Virus record (IMG/VR): IMGVR_UViG_3300045988_037736
Location: 37,472-101,471 of that record
Origin: a virus
Reading direction: 5' to 3' (one strand)
Length of the DNA stretch: 64,000 nucleotides
Position numbers and translations under genes: made by a program. Of this stretch, positions 25,779 to 39,300 are shown in pieces. The notes under the pieces were generated by a model, which did not search any database, was not told where the DNA came from, and worked only from the letters and a program-made list of their open reading frames with translations. The stretch's first letter is position 1; every line of letters begins with the position of its first letter.

Positions 25779-26291
25779 TTATGATTTAGTTGTGCTTTCC
25801 TTTGACTTAAGCTGAGCCATTAATTCTTTCATATCTGTCATCATTTCAGACATCTGAGACTTCAGCATATCTATCTCTTGCTTTTGTTGTTTCTGTTCTG
25901 CAAACTCTGGATTTAATCTTTGAAGTAATACTTCACAATCTTGAACTATTTTCTTATGATAATCTACACTATTAAGGATGCCAAGACTCTTCTGTCTGAG
26001 TGAATCTACCTCTGCATTCATAGCTTCTCTTGATGTAGTTATAACCAAAGCTCCGTTAGAAGTTCCTTGGTCTGCAACATCAAGGTTTGCAGGAAGCTTC
26101 TGCAATGTAACATCATTACCATTTATCCTCACTACAACATCTACTACGAGTTCTTGAGGGTTCATGAAGTTAGCCACTGGGAATCTAGGCTGAGGTTGTG
26201 AAACACTCAGTACTTGACCCACTTCAACATAGGGGGTAGATTCTTTGTGCAGTATGTATATTTGACTGTTAGTTCTTAAGTTGGAAAACAT
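25779..26291 (-). CDS. Hypothetical protein (170 aa)
   Basis: Intact ORF. Confidence 0.45.
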   Translation of the reverse strand: MFSNLRTNSQIYILHKESTPYVEVGQVLSVSQPQPRFPVANFMNPQELVVDVVVRINGNDVTLQKLPANLDVADQGTSNGALVITTSREAMNAEVDSLRQKSLGILNSVDYHKKIVQDCEVLLQRLNPEFAEQKQQKQEIDMLKSQMSEMMTDMKELMAQLKSKESTTKS

Positions 26292-26317
26292 ATTGTTTAT
26301 AATTTAGTTGGTTAAAT

Positions 26318-26749
26318 TTATGCCGCTGATGCAGCAGGTGGTGTTATAGCAAGAGTCAGAGAGTCATTTATTGTGTATGAGAAAGCACATCCACAATTTA
26401 TATTAGACCCAAACTGGTCTCTTCCCACATTGGTAAGTGTTACTGTTGTAGGTAGAGCAGTCTGACCCTGGAATGCAACTACAAAGTTTTCAGTAAATAG
26501 CTGAGTATGTGCATTGCAACCACACTGACTATTCTGAGTTACAACTGTTATCACTGCCTTGACAGGGATAAAGACAGTTGTCTCAACCAACCTTGGGGTA
26601 CCTGTAGTATAAACTACAGATACCTGAGGTTGTATAGTTGAATCTACACAGAACGGACGGCATAGCTTTTCCTTGTAAGTAGCCATGAAGGCTAACTCAT
26701 TAGCCACTGGAGCAGTGGCTAATCCTACTGGTGAAACTGTTACTGCCAT
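26318..26749 (-). CDS. Hypothetical protein (143 aa)
   Basis: Intact ORF. Confidence 0.45.
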   Translation of the reverse strand: MAVTVSPVGLATAPVANELAFMATYKEKLCRPFCVDSTIQPQVSVVYTTGTPRLVETTVFIPVKAVITVVTQNSQCGCNAHTQLFTENFVVAFQGQTALPTTVTLTNVGRDQFGSNINCGCAFSYTINDSLTLAITPPAASAA

Positions 26750-26767
26750 AATTGTATACTTTAGAAA

Positions 26768-27667
26768 TTAACAATTGCATCCATTAGTATAAGGGCTACC
26801 ACAGTTACAATAAGGATTTGCAACTACATAAGCAGGAGTTGGGGTAGGTCTTACTTGACTAATGATATTAGCAGTTTGTGCTTGCTGAGAAGCAGCTAGA
26901 GCTAATTGGCTGTTCTCCTGTCTTAGAGCATCAATCTTATTCTGCATTTCTCTCATTTCTAGCTGACAGAACTTATCATTAATAAGTGTGGTCTGTTGTG
27001 CAATAGCATTCTTTAGGTCACAAGTCTGCTGTGCAGTAGCATAGGCTGTAGATGAGAACCCTCTCTCCACTGAACTATTAACAAAGTTAATAGCATTCTG
27101 TAGAGTGTTGGTTTGATTTACATTAGAAAGTTGGCTCTCATAGTTAGTCCTAGTGATGGCATCTTGAATATTGCAGCAGCACTGGGCCATTTGATTACCT
27201 AACTGACAGTTACCTTGCTGAATAGAGTTGATAACTTGCTGACCTGTCATACCAAGCTGACTAGCTACAGATTGTACAGAGTTCTGTACATTGCCTATAG
27301 CACCTTGTAGGGCATTAACATCACAATTAAGAGTTGTGGCAAGTTGTGAAACTGCCTGACCATTACCATTGATAGCTTGAAGAAGTACTTCTCTACCCCA
27401 ATCATTATTAAGCTGATTAGGAATACCATCAGCAGCACCATTACCAAACATACCATTTCTACCATTTCCACCCCATAGCCAGAACATAATGATTACCCAA
27501 ATCCACCACATTCCTCCACCTCCCCAAGCATCTTGGTTCTTGGAGCCATTAGTGAGCATAGCCATTAGATTAGGGTCTACACCTCTGTTACCCATTAGAC
27601 TTGCTAAGAGTGCAGTAGAATCAAATCCACCTCTGTCGGCAGTGTCAAAAACATAAGTTTTTTCCAT
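26768..27667 (-). CDS. Hypothetical protein (299 aa) with Gly/Trp-rich hydrophobic segment and Gln/Asn-rich C-terminus
   Basis: Intact ORF; contains GGGGMWWIWVIIMFWLWGGNG, a membrane-like segment. Confidence 0.5.
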   Translation of the reverse strand: MEKTYVFDTADRGGFDSTALLASLMGNRGVDPNLMAMLTNGSKNQDAWGGGGMWWIWVIIMFWLWGGNGRNGMFGNGAADGIPNQLNNDWGREVLLQAINGNGQAVSQLATTLNCDVNALQGAIGNVQNSVQSVASQLGMTGQQVINSIQQGNCQLGNQMAQCCCNIQDAITRTNYESQLSNVNQTNTLQNAINFVNSSVERGFSSTAYATAQQTCDLKNAIAQQTTLINDKFCQLEMREMQNKIDALRQENSQLALAASQQAQTANIISQVRPTPTPAYVVANPYCNCGSPYTNGCNC

Positions 27668-27897
27668 AATTGTTAGATTATTTGATTGGTTAACTTTGTT
27701 GTTATTGTAAGCTTACAGAGGATAAAATTATAAATAAAAAGTGGTAACACCTAACAGTGCTACCACTCACATAATTTACTGAAAACCAGCCAACATCTTT
27801 AGCATTATTATGCTAAGTATATCCAAATAAATCCATCATATATTCTACTAGTAGGAGAATTTACCACTTTTATCTAGTCTTCCCCTACAATACCCAA

Positions 27898-28194
27898 TTA
27901 TTTTCTATTCTCCCTTATAATAGAATCAAGTTCTTTCTTAGACCATGATAATTCTTTGAAACCTGCCTGATGTTTACCTCTAGGCAATCTGCCTGCTCTG
28001 ACATAATTATCAAATGTAGCTCTACTTATATTAAGGTATCTACAGGCTTCATACTTACTGAGTCTCTGTTTCTTATCAACAAATCCTTGAATAGCCTCCA
28101 CAACCTGCATAGTCTCTTCATGGTTAGAACTAATGGAACCTTCATCAATTCTATCGGCTATACGTCTTAATAGATTGCTTATTATGTTTAACAT
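27898..28194 (-). CDS. HTH DNA-binding protein (MerR/excisionase-like)
   Basis: YLNISRATFDNYVRAGRLP helix-turn-helix signature. Confidence 0.45.
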   Translation of the reverse strand: MLNIISNLLRRIADRIDEGSISSNHEETMQVVEAIQGFVDKKQRLSKYEACRYLNISRATFDNYVRAGRLPRGKHQAGFKELSWSKKELDSIIRENRK

Positions 28195-28558
28195 ATAGAT
28201 ATAATATTGTGAATAATGTCAGTCCTGTTATGACACTGTGAATCATCATTAAATTAAAGTCTGATATAGGTATTCCTACATAATAATCAACTATATTCAG
28301 TATGTCTATGACAAGTATATAGTACAGAAACATTCTATGATATGCACAAAATCTGAATACTATAGAGGCTAAGTAAATGAATACCCATGTAAACAAAGAC
28401 ATCCCAGCGAGGTTACTCAACACTGGAATGTCAATATCTATATATGCAAGTGCTGTGTTTAACATATAGCACATTGCTATCAGCATTGGTATAATCTTTA
28501 AGGAGCCTAAAAGTACCTTATACAGGACTTCACTTCTTAAGACATCCTCCTTTGCCAT
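28151..28558 (-). CDS. Multi-pass membrane protein (holin-like candidate)
   Basis: About four hydrophobic segments in 135 aa; adjacent to two spanin-like candidates. Confidence 0.4.
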   Translation of the reverse strand: MAKEDVLRSEVLYKVLLGSLKIIPMLIAMCYMLNTALAYIDIDIPVLSNLAGMSLFTWVFIYLASIVFRFCAYHRMFLYYILVIDILNIVDYYVGIPISDFNLMMIHSVITGLTLFTILYLYVKHNKQSIKTYSR

Positions 28559-28847
28559 ATCTTTTCTTTTTAAGTCCAGCTTTAGGGGACATAGGTTTTG
28601 CTCTTCTAGCCATAGTTATTCTTCTTTAGAGTTAGTTACTTCTTCTTTCTTGGGTTCCTCACTGATTACTTGAGTGGTCTCAGATTCAGGAGGAGTAGGT
28701 TGCATATAATCCACTGATACTAGATAAGGTTCCCAAGTCTTGGTCTTAACATTGTACCTGTGGATTGCCCTAATGTCCCCAGTTGATTCATCCCTATCTA
28801 CCCATAAAATCTTGATGTCTGTAGGGGGATAAGGGGACTCATATAGG

Positions 28848-29207
28848 TTATTCAGATTTACTTTCTTCACGTTTGAATGTATCTAAGTTTGTAAGTTCCC
28901 TTCTTCTTATTTGACAAGAGAGGTCAGTACAGATAGAACTCATAAGGCTGAATAGCTGTGCCCTTAGTTCTCTAACCTCATCTTCCAAGTCTTCATTTCT
29001 CTTCAGAACCTCTTCCAGCCTTGCCCTATTATCATCGGACAACTTCTTGTAAAAGTCTAGAGATTCTTGCATATTTTGTATTAGGTTATTATCTACCTCA
29101 CTGTTATATTTCTTCCTGGCAAATACCCAAGAAGCCCAAGCACTAACAACAGTAGTCAGTAACCCTATACCTCCAGTTATGAGTGTTTCCATTCCAATCA
29201 TTTCCAT
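28848..29207 (-). CDS. N-terminal transmembrane plus coiled-coil protein (i-spanin-like candidate)
   Basis: A single N-terminal transmembrane segment (GGIGLLTTVVSAWASWVF) followed by a charged coiled-coil region. Confidence 0.35.
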   Translation of the reverse strand: MEMIGMETLITGGIGLLTTVVSAWASWVFARKKYNSEVDNNLIQNMQESLDFYKKLSDDNRARLEEVLKRNEDLEDEVRELRAQLFSLMSSICTDLSCQIRRRELTNLDTFKREESKSE

Positions 29208-29387
29208 ATGTTGATTTTCAATTTGAGTTCTGTTCTTTCAAGCAAACAACACTTGAAAGATTTGAGCAAGCCTAAATTAGCATTCGAGTTACTGTACTCA
29301 TACCTAGAGTTGAAGTTACTGAGACTATCGTAGTACCTGTAGTCATTGAAACTACTGACTAAGAGGTTTATTTAGGCTAACAACTAG

Positions 29388-29812
29388 TTAGTTGCTCTTA
29401 TTAAAAATGGTTCTCCCAAAGTTAATAGCCTTATAAAGTAGGATAAGGATAAAGCCAAATCCAAAGCACATAAGAAATGATTGATAGCCCTTTAACTTAT
29501 TGACTTCCTTTATTTCAGTTGTCTTTACTTCAACAGGGACTTCTATACTATCAGTCTTAACTATAGTGTCTGTTCTGTTCAGATACTTATATATGTACTT
29601 GTATTTATACTGATACACAGTATCTCCTGAAATATATCTATCAATACTATCATGTATAAATATGCTATCTTTATAAAGCTAGTTGATATATTCAGTCTTT
29701 GTAGTCTCGATGTAAACAGGAACTTCAACCTCTCTTGTAGTTGTGCAGGATATTAAGCTTGATGAAAGTATACTTGCTATTACTATTATCCAACAAATTA
29801 TATATTTTTTCA
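29388..29812 (-). CDS. Lipoprotein with C-terminal transmembrane segment (unimolecular-spanin-like candidate), one TAG
   Basis: Manual extension of ORF 29388..29618 upstream: MKKYIICWIIVIASILSSSLISC (lipobox) ... -TAG- ... C-terminal FLMCFGFGFILILLY transmembrane segment. Confidence 0.35.
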
Positions 29813-29886
29813 TCGCACAAAGTTAAAACAATAAATCTACTTACACAATAGAATAAGTAGATTTATTGTGATTAGAAAAATTATAT

Positions 29887-30938
29887 TTACGTACCACTCA
29901 GCTAATCTTCTAAGGCTGTAATTCTCTTGTCTAAAGTAGATATCATATCTATAATCTATATATAATAAGGGGACATCTAATAAAGTGAAACACCTATTGG
30001 TGTATTTCCGTGAGAAGACCTAGTTATAATCAGCTCTGAATTCTGGTTTTGAGCATTAGGTAATGCTGGTATAATAAGATTAAAATATTGGCTATACCTA
30101 GTTGTATACTGAATGTTGTCCACTAGAAGTTTTAATTCGCCAGTTGTGCCATTATTATATGTAACGCTTACACCGTACCTCATATTACTATTTTGATTGG
30201 CATATTCCAGTCTAAGTACAAGAGGAAAAGAAGTATAAGTCTGGGGTGATGTAGGAATTCTAATCTCCGTTTTGTCTCCAAATGAATGACTGCTTAATTT
30301 AGTTAGTACCACCCCCTCAGGCATATCGTTCCGTATTTCTTGTATCTATGGCAGATAGGCAGGGATTTTGGCCTCCACCATGTACTTAGTCCCAGCTGTT
30401 CTAGAGAAAGAAATTACTAATGTAGAAGAAGTACTATCGTCAGTGGTATACTGTTGTCCCTCTTCCCAGGAACTGTTAGTGCTGTAGCCCCCTACAAATC
30501 CCGTTTCTAAAAATTCACTAGCTGTTACGTCCTATGTGGACTCTTCAAAGTGCCAGCCATCATTGTCATTGCCAACAGCTCTCTGTACGAATAATTTTCC
30601 AACGAAATTCTTATTTAAGAGCTGTAAAGAAATTTTGCTTGGTGTTACCCCGCCAACATCATTTTCAGGTCTAACCCTTATGTTAATGCTGCCTTTTATT
30701 GGAAACGCCCCTCCGGCCGATGCTAGTAGTTCAATAACATCAGTTGGTAGTATCGTAATACTATTCTCATCTTCTATAAGAACGTCCTCTCCATCTAGAG
30801 ATTGAGCCTGTGGATTAAGTTTCATTCCCTCAACTAGCATAGTTGAAGTAATGTCATAGAATGTACTCTGTGAATTAAGGTACAGGAGCTAGTTCTATAC
30901 TTCATCAAAAAACTTTTCACCTAAATATTTGAGATTCA
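29887..30938 (-). CDS. Hypothetical virion protein (~350 codons), TAG-recoded
   Basis: ORFs 30532..30840 and 29977..30324 are in the same frame; the start MNLKYLGEKFFDEV... is 2 nt after the upstream gene's TGA; the reading continues through TAG at 29977 to TAA ~29887. Confidence 0.45.
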
Positions 30939-30941
30939 TAT

Positions 30942-33804
30942 TCAAAATTCATTTATCTTTTTAACTATTTCAGTTGCTTCAATCTCCTGCAAGTTAGTAT
31001 AATGGCCGTCTCCCTCACCTTCAGTAAGTGTAATGGTTACTTGTTTAATAGGATACTTTACTATAAGCATCCTACCACCTACCCCAAAAGTTGGCTTATA
31101 ACATTTAATACAAAGGTAATAAATGTTTATTGCATCCTCACCAACATCAATATATTTACCTGTAAGAATAGACCAGTCATAGCCATCCTTATGAAGAGAA
31201 CATAAGAATCTGAAACCAGTATAAGGACTTCCTACCTAAGTTTTAGATGGGACAATAGTACATAGCACAGTCCTATTATCCCTCTATTCTAGTATCTCTA
31301 TAAATTTGAAATAATTTTTATTAGAAGGCTATAAAGTTTCCTGTTTGAAAGTTGTTTCTCCTTGACTTACTAAATCTAGTTCTATTATTCCTGCATCATA
31401 AGGAACCCTACTGTCAAGAGTATCTATTCTCTCATGAAGTCCACTTAAGTCATAGTCAATGAAGTTCTAATTACCCCTGAGAATCTAGTCATAAACAATC
31501 TTCCTATACTTAGGTACACCATTATTCTGTAGAACTGTAAATATTATTGGTCTATGGTCATAACCATCAGCATAGTCATACTCTTCTTCCAGAAGCTATT
31601 CAAAAGTTCTATAATCATTTTCTGATACAGTTATTTCTAATTCAAGTGCATTAGAAGAAGGTCTACTTGTATAGAAATTAATAATTCTAGAATTTACATT
31701 AGACTGTGCACTAGTAGAATTATTAACCAGTGTTTCTACCTAACTAGGCAAAGAATTCAAGGTCTAGTTGACTCTCTATACAGCACTGTTAGCATTAGCT
31801 CCAGCAATCATACATTGCTAAGATGCACTAAGTGCAGACTGAGCAGCTGCATTAGCTTCATCTGAGGCTTCTTTAAGAGCACTGGAAGGAATGGTTACTA
31901 GCTCCTTAGAGTCTTTCTTATATGCAGGAAAACTATTCACATCATCTAAGCTGTTGGCCTCTGGAAGGTCTTCAACACTTACTGAAGACTTAGAGAGAAA
32001 AGCTAGCAACTCATTAAATAGTTCATCCTTTTCCTATTTAGTCATATCTACATTATTTATTAATTAAACTTTCTGGCTTGAGATGAAGGGTCCTAGCCTC
32101 ATTCATTCTCATATTTAACCCCTTTATCCTTACATCAGCATTTAAATTAAACCTTATTCCTTTATACCTATCAAGTAAAAAAGTAGTTTTATATATGTGC
32201 CATTTATTATCAGGTTCTATTCTCAAAGTATCTTTTATTTCAATAGACTCACCATCCTAATCTACGGTAGCTATTTCTATATTACCAAATGAAGTTCCTT
32301 TAAATTTGAATGTTAAAGTAACATAGAATGGGAATTTATAATCAGGGTCTATTGCTTCTAGATTTAAAAATGGGAAGGGCTAAGTAAGAGTACAAGGGAT
32401 AGTGGAACCATTTACAGCTAATACAGGAACTCCGTCTTCTCTGATTACAGCAGCTTTAGCTCTCTATTTGGATAAGAACCCTCTTCCTACCTTAATAAAC
32501 TTAGGTCCTACTGTAAAAGGTTGGAGAATTTCAGATAACCAATATTTAGTGCTGTCAATAAAAAATGAATTAGTGAGAATATTATCAGCTTCAATTACTG
32601 TAAAAGCATTCTCTATTTTCCATTGATTACTTATAACTATTTCAAGTAATGCCCTTAGTACCTCATCTACATTATCTTTATTATCAAAAAAGATAGACTC
32701 AAATTTTATATCTGAAGCTTTAATATTGGTATGAAATGGTTCCCAACCTCCATTATTCCAGTATAGTAGATTACCCTTCCAATACCATAAGACTTCATGG
32801 TCCTATGGTTCTTTTGGAGTTTGTACTATTGCTCTAAACTTTCTCATTGCATTGCCTCAATAGTGATTAATACTTTGCTTGGGTCAGTTTGGATGTTAGC
32901 TATTATCTTAAGATAATTCCAACTATCTTCATTACCAGCTACAATGCTAGGACTATTAAATGTCTTTTGAATAGGACCCATTGAAACCTGAGGGCAATTA
33001 ACTTCAAAATCTCCATTTGAAGTGTGAACAGTCAGAACTACATTCGAAGCTTTTTTGAACTGAGCCACCCCTACAGAGTCAGTTATCTCTTTATTTATTA
33101 TAGTTGTAGAAGTTATTTCAGCTAAGTTAATAACCCCTAAATCATAAAATAATTCAGAATGGTCAAAGTGGTCAGCATCCCTTCTACAAGCTCCATCCGC
33201 AGTTAATATGTAATGCACTCTGTTACCTGATGCTGTAGTGATGGTAGCTTCTCCACCTGCATTAGGATGCCAAGAACCTACTCCAATGCCATAGTCAGCA
33301 TGAACAAGGAACTATGTTCCTGCCACCCTAGACAGCTGTTCTCTATTATATGCTTCAATCTCAGGAGAGTCACCTAGTTCAAGGTCAACATAGGTAGGAA
33401 GTAGAGTAAGGTCAATAACTCTAGTCTACTTTACAAGCCAATTCTCATTGTAGTCTACATTGAAAATAATAGCCTTGCCATCGGCAATTGCTGTTACTTG
33501 ACCATTATAAAACGTTGCTAAAATTTTGAGTGGCGCGTCGCGGTCTCTATTTACAAGTATAACAGGTACATAGTCATGTAGGGGACTCAGTTCTCTCTCT
33601 TCAAACTTTAACTTAGCCTCTGGATTGTCTTCTCCTATCGTTAATATTATATCAGTTATCTCCTCCTAGCCATCTTGTATCACCGAACTTACTATATCAG
33701 TCCATTTGCCATTGTTATGGTATTGAAGTTTGTCATTATGGAGCCACAGACTATTGGTAGGAGGGGCTGAATTTGAATGTATTATATTATCAAATTTTCT
33801 CATT
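30942..33804 (-). CDS. Hypothetical virion protein (~954 codons), TAG-recoded
   Basis: Start MRKFDNIIHSNSAPPTNS at ~33804. ORFs 32844..33218 and 31818..32009 are in the same frame; codon-by-codon reading of 31260-31380 shows TAG but no TAA/TGA; ends at TGA ~30942. Confidence 0.45.
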
Positions 33805-33832
33805 ACTTACTAGTATTTGGTTTCTTATTAAT

Positions 33833-36202
33833 CTATTTTCTTTTGAGTTCAGCATCAGTTTGAGCTTTCTTCTTATCAAAGGCTAACCTTTCTCTGTCAA
33901 GTTTGAGCCTCTCATCAAACTCTCTCATCTTTTCAAACAGATTAGCTCTTGCCTCTTCAGAAAACTCCTGCTCTTGGATGCCATCTTCCTGACTTTGAGA
34001 ACCTATACCTGCTATAAGTATCTTAGTCTCATTATCTCTCTGATTCATTGTATCTTTGAGCTGCATTTCAGCTTCCCTTATCTGAGCTTCCATCTGAGCC
34101 TATTGTTGCTGAGCCTGTAATTGCTGCTGTTGAGCTTCCTGCTGTCTTTGCATAAGCTCCTGTTCATTCTTCTCAACCATTCTCTGTTTTTCAGCAAGAG
34201 AAGAGCTATTATAGAGCTTCATGATAGTGGAGAAGGTAAGAGTCTGATTCTGCAAAGCTGCCTGAGCAAGCATATCCATCTTCTGCTGTAACTCCTGTAG
34301 TCCATTACTATTATCTACAACAAGGCCATAATCATTTTCAGAGAACTCATCTCCATCTATGTCCATAACCTTACTTGAATTATCAGAAAGAATATACTGG
34401 AACTTCTTACTTCTGCCTCTTAAAGCTATCTTAGCTGTTTCAAGGAATGCCTCAAGAACCCTCTTCTTTACATCATCATGTATGATAAAGAGCCATTCAG
34501 TTATATGAGAAGATTGTAAGGTAGCTCTTTCGACACCACCAACAGTCTCTCTATTACTTATCTGACCTTCTCTTTGCCTAGAAATACCAGCCACATCAGA
34601 CATTTCCATCTTGATAAACTCAAGAAGATTGGTATATTGCTGTATAGTATTACCAAGTTCAGCATTGACAACTCCAGAACTTGCATTGTTAAGAGCACCT
34701 GCAAGCTTACCTGTAGCAGCACCAATATTGCCTTCCTTAAAACTATCTGTAACTACAATACCATTAGTCTTAGCAAAGTACATCCATTTCTCTATCTCCC
34801 ATCCTTTAGGAACCTTAGCAAGGTCAAGGTTAATAAGCATACCCCAGTTTCTTGAGATTAGCTTGTTGAGCCTATCATGAATTGTATCATAGAGATAGTT
34901 ATAGGGCTTCATCATATCAACAAGAGAGAAAGGCTTGTTGTCATTAAGGTTATAGATAGAACCTATAATACCAAAATGGCACCTTGAAGGATTGGATAGT
35001 CTGTTATACTGAACTACTCTAGGTCTCATGTTGACATAGATGTCATTACCTATCTTTGTCCCTTCCCAGGCTTCATTGATATATAATATCTTTTCCTCCT
35101 CACCTTTGTCCTTATCTATAACGTAAGTTTCTGGGTAGAGATTAAATACCTCTTCACCTGTCTGAGGGTCGTAAGACTTAACTTTCTTAATTCTCCTTCT
35201 TGATTTCCAGTAAACTCTAAGTACCCTTATATTTCCTGCAACATCAAAAGGAAGAAGTGAAGTGCCTACACCATCTGTCATTCCTATGGGGTCCCAGAAG
35301 AAACCTTCCTGAGAAGTAAATTCTTCCCCTATCATGTGCCCATTTACAAACCCCATTCTATCATCTATGTTATCCATAGAGTCAGTTACTTGGTCTGTGT
35401 TATTGGGCATCTTTTCTATGTACTCCATGTCCTTTTTGGTAAGGACATCATAATAAGTGTCTATGATTTTACCAGGACTCCAATAGTCCTCAAGTACAAT
35501 CATATCAGCATCCTCAATCCTGTTACTATATCCTGACTTGAATACTCTGACTTTAAGAGGATTTAGTCTTTCTATGATAGGTTCACCACCTACAATATCA
35601 CATTGGTAAATCTCTTCACCTACTGCCATTGCATCAGTGAAACCTTGATTAAAGAGGAAGGGGAAGTTGAGTTCCTTGGAATAGTGGTTAAGGAGAGCAT
35701 TAGCTCTCACTTCTCTCATATCTTGCCACTCAAATGTAAAGAAGTCATTGAGCTTCTCTAGCTCTGCATTGAACTCTTCCTCTGACTGAGTCTCTTCAGA
35801 TAACAGTTGCTGTACTCTTGCAAGTAGTTCCTGCTTCTTGTTGTTCTCTATTTCAGAGATAGCATTTGGATTAGTTACAACTACCCTATAGTCAAATACT
35901 CTCTTGGACTCTTCTCCCCTAAGAACATTTAATTTACTATTCATTATAGGGTAATGCTGAATCCTTTCAGGTATGTAACCTGCCTTTATATTATCAGGGT
36001 TCAATACCATTGCAAGGTCACTCATGTGAAGCCTACCATTAAGTAAATCATAGTTGATTTTCTTATGTATCACACTCTTCCTTACCAAAGAATAGTTGAA
36101 AAATGTCTTAGAGTCAGCCCAGTCAAGGTGCTTCTTTCTCCAAGCCTTATTCTTTCTGGAGAATGGCAGTTGTTGTGGGGGTAAATTTGTGAAATCACTC
36201 AT
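33833..36202 (-). CDS. Portal protein candidate (~789 codons), TAG at 34100
   Basis: The 700-aa ORF ends with TAG (plus-strand cta at 34100-02) and continues in frame into 33833..34093. Size and position directly downstream of the terminase large subunit fit a portal protein. Confidence 0.5.
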
Positions 36203-36302
36203 ATATTCTTCAACTTAAATGTGCTGCAAAGGTAAGCAAAACCTTTAACTTGTGCAAGCCCATAAGTAAAATATTAAGTCTTAGTACTCTTTTTTGCTAA
36301 AT

Positions 36303-39300
36303 TTACTGTATATACCCTTGGGAGTAATTCCTTTGGAAGAAAGAATCATTGCCTAAGTATGAACTACTGACTTCCTCCTGTGCCTTAGCATTAAGATTAT
36401 CTCTATACAGTATAATCTTCTCTTGTCTATACAGCATAACCATACCTAATGCCCTGATTCTATCCACATTAAGTTCAGGAGTGTAGGAAATTAACTCTTC
36501 AAGTAATGCTCTATTTCTTAGAGAATAGAGCCTTGGAATATTGACCTCTTTCTCTTCTCCATCCTCCTTTATTATAGTTGGAACTGGCTGAAGTAGCCAA
36601 TCCCTTATCAGGTTATTAGCATAATTGTTGATAGTAGCATTCGCATTGATACCTTTTGCATTTGAGCCAAAGGCAGAATACTTAATCATCTGTTTGTCTC
36701 TTAAATATTCAGGAGTATCTGCCAGTAGGTGTGTGCATTCCATTCTGCTAAAGTAACCATACAGGCCCTTCTTATTGGATTCATACATGCACTTGGCATT
36801 ATAGAATAGACACAGCATTCTTACTATCTCAAAGTTATCATCTGCAAATGCCTGCCTACCAGTGTATTCTGCTACAATTCTGTCAGTAAACAGGTCAAGT
36901 ACAAAGGTTGAAGAAAGAGAAGAAGACTCTGCCTAATCATTATCCACAGGGTCATGGCCTATAATATATCTCATATTGAAATCATCCCCATTTGCTTGTT
37001 TCTCAGGCATTTCAAATATCTCAATAGCACCTACTGTTGAATTGTCAACTCCATACTTTCTGATAGGCACATCATTACCTATTCTAAACTCTACCTTATT
37101 ACCACTTGCTAGGGCAAGATTACCTATGTAAACATCATCAAAAGCATGAGGGTCTGAGTCAAGTTGAGCCAATCTCTCAGTAAGAGCTACTGTAGGAAAG
37201 TAGGCAGCCTTCACTTTAATGATAGCTTCAGCTGGTGTAATTGGGTCCTCGGCAATAACTCTTAATACTGACTTAGGGTCAGCAGAATATTTAGCTTTGT
37301 GTCTTGCCAACAGAATTTCTATGAGAGCCTTTGTTACATCAGAAACACCATCCTTGTTGTAACATCCTGCCCTATTTACATAAGAAGGAAAGAAAAATCC
37401 AAAGGTAGGCTTTCCTTGCTTAGGTCTGTCATAGACATTCTCAATAGCCAGAATATTGTAACCATCTGGATTGTAAAGAAGAGTTTTTGCCGAACTGAAG
37501 TCTGACTCATCCTCAGCAGCAGTATTATGAGTTACTATATTGTTAGCCAAGTAGGTATGACTTAATCCAGCAGTTAAATTATATACTTCTTGTTCACCTA
37601 TCTCTTCTACAGAAGTAACTTTGTGAACTATTATATCCTCTGGATATTTTTGAGCCTTCATACTCGGATTGCTATTATAATAGTCCATTATCCTTTTAAG
37701 GCAATCTCTCTTGTGCGGAACAAGAAGTTGAAGCACACCACACACTCTTGTACAATTATGTCTCCCTGATATAGATAGAGTAAACCAAGAATTTCTATCT
37801 TTCCTATCAGAACATAGTTTTGGCTTAGTCTCCACAATAGTGCCAACTACTCCAAATTTTCTCCACAGTACTTTAACTTGCTCTAATATTTTCCTATTGC
37901 TTTGAGTTAAAGATATATATCCGTCTCTATTAAAGCTTATACTACCATCAGTATCATATAATCCAGATAGCAATAGTGAGGTATCATCTCTTGTAAGAGT
38001 CTAATAGTTGATAGGAAGCCTTTTATTGGATTTTACTTGCCCCTAAATACCTAATTCTCTTAATTTATTACAAATACCTTTAATTCTTATATCCTCGTAT
38101 ATTTTTCCTTTCTTGGTAATATGAGTAGCAGATAATGACCATTCATATCTATGCTTTACATAGTCTAAAAGCTCTTTATCCTCAGAACTATACTTGGGGG
38201 ATTGCCTTAATCCATAAGAACCATCTCCAATAAGCATACCTACTAATCTAGGGTCAAACATGGTATCTGTCCCAAATATTGGAACTTCCCTACTCTCTAT
38301 AATTCTATCTCCTACACTTAAAGCTCCAGCATTTTTGAATACTTCTTCATAATACCTTATAGACCCATTATGATTCATTCTTTGTTTCTGAGTAAGAATT
38401 GGATGGTCTGTAGAGCATCTAAGTTCATTTCCATTACTCAGTTTAATAAGTACACATGGTTTTTTAGCAATACTTATAGAACTCATTATAGGTTCTTTGG
38501 TAATCCCTCTTGTGAGGTGAATATTAGGTTCAGTACCTGACTCAAAGGAGTCTGTAAATCCTATGATACCATCCTCTCTCTTTAAATCCTCTATATTGAT
38601 ATTCCTGCCATCTAATGTCCATACCTTAGTACCAGCACATACACAACCTACAAGGTACATTGTAGCAAATGTATAGTCACCATCTTCTACAGACTTTCTT
38701 GTGATGTCATACAGGGATAGAAGTCCCTTAAATGAACCCATCTCCTCGAATAGAATCCAACCTCTCTTACCTCTTAACTTCTCTGAGTCATCCTTTGCAG
38801 AAACAGCAAGCACCTGATTCAATGACCCACTTTCAATACCAAACTCATCCTTGTAGCCCATCTGCCATGCCATCTCATTAGGAGAGTTCTTTAACATGAG
38901 CCTAGGGAATGGAGTATTTTTGAAGGAGAAGTTAATTCCAGGTTTGAACTTAGAGAGTGTGCCATCCTTACTGTCACTAAGATACTCTTTCTGATAAGCA
39001 GTAAGTACAGTAATAACCCTCCTCTTTACTTCAGTAGATTCACCAAGTATAAGGTTGTGAGACATTATACTTGCAAGACTATATGACTTTGCACAATTAT
39101 GAGTAGTTATAAAGTCCCCTACTAAATAACAGGAGTCTTTAGAGTCTACAGTAACACATTTACAAGGAGATACCCCAGCATACTCAATATTGACTATGGC
39201 AGTTTTGTTCTTTCTTGATAAAGCATTGGTGCTACTATAATGTACACCACTCTTCTTCCTTGGCAAATTAAACAGTTCTTCTCCACCATATACTGCTATT

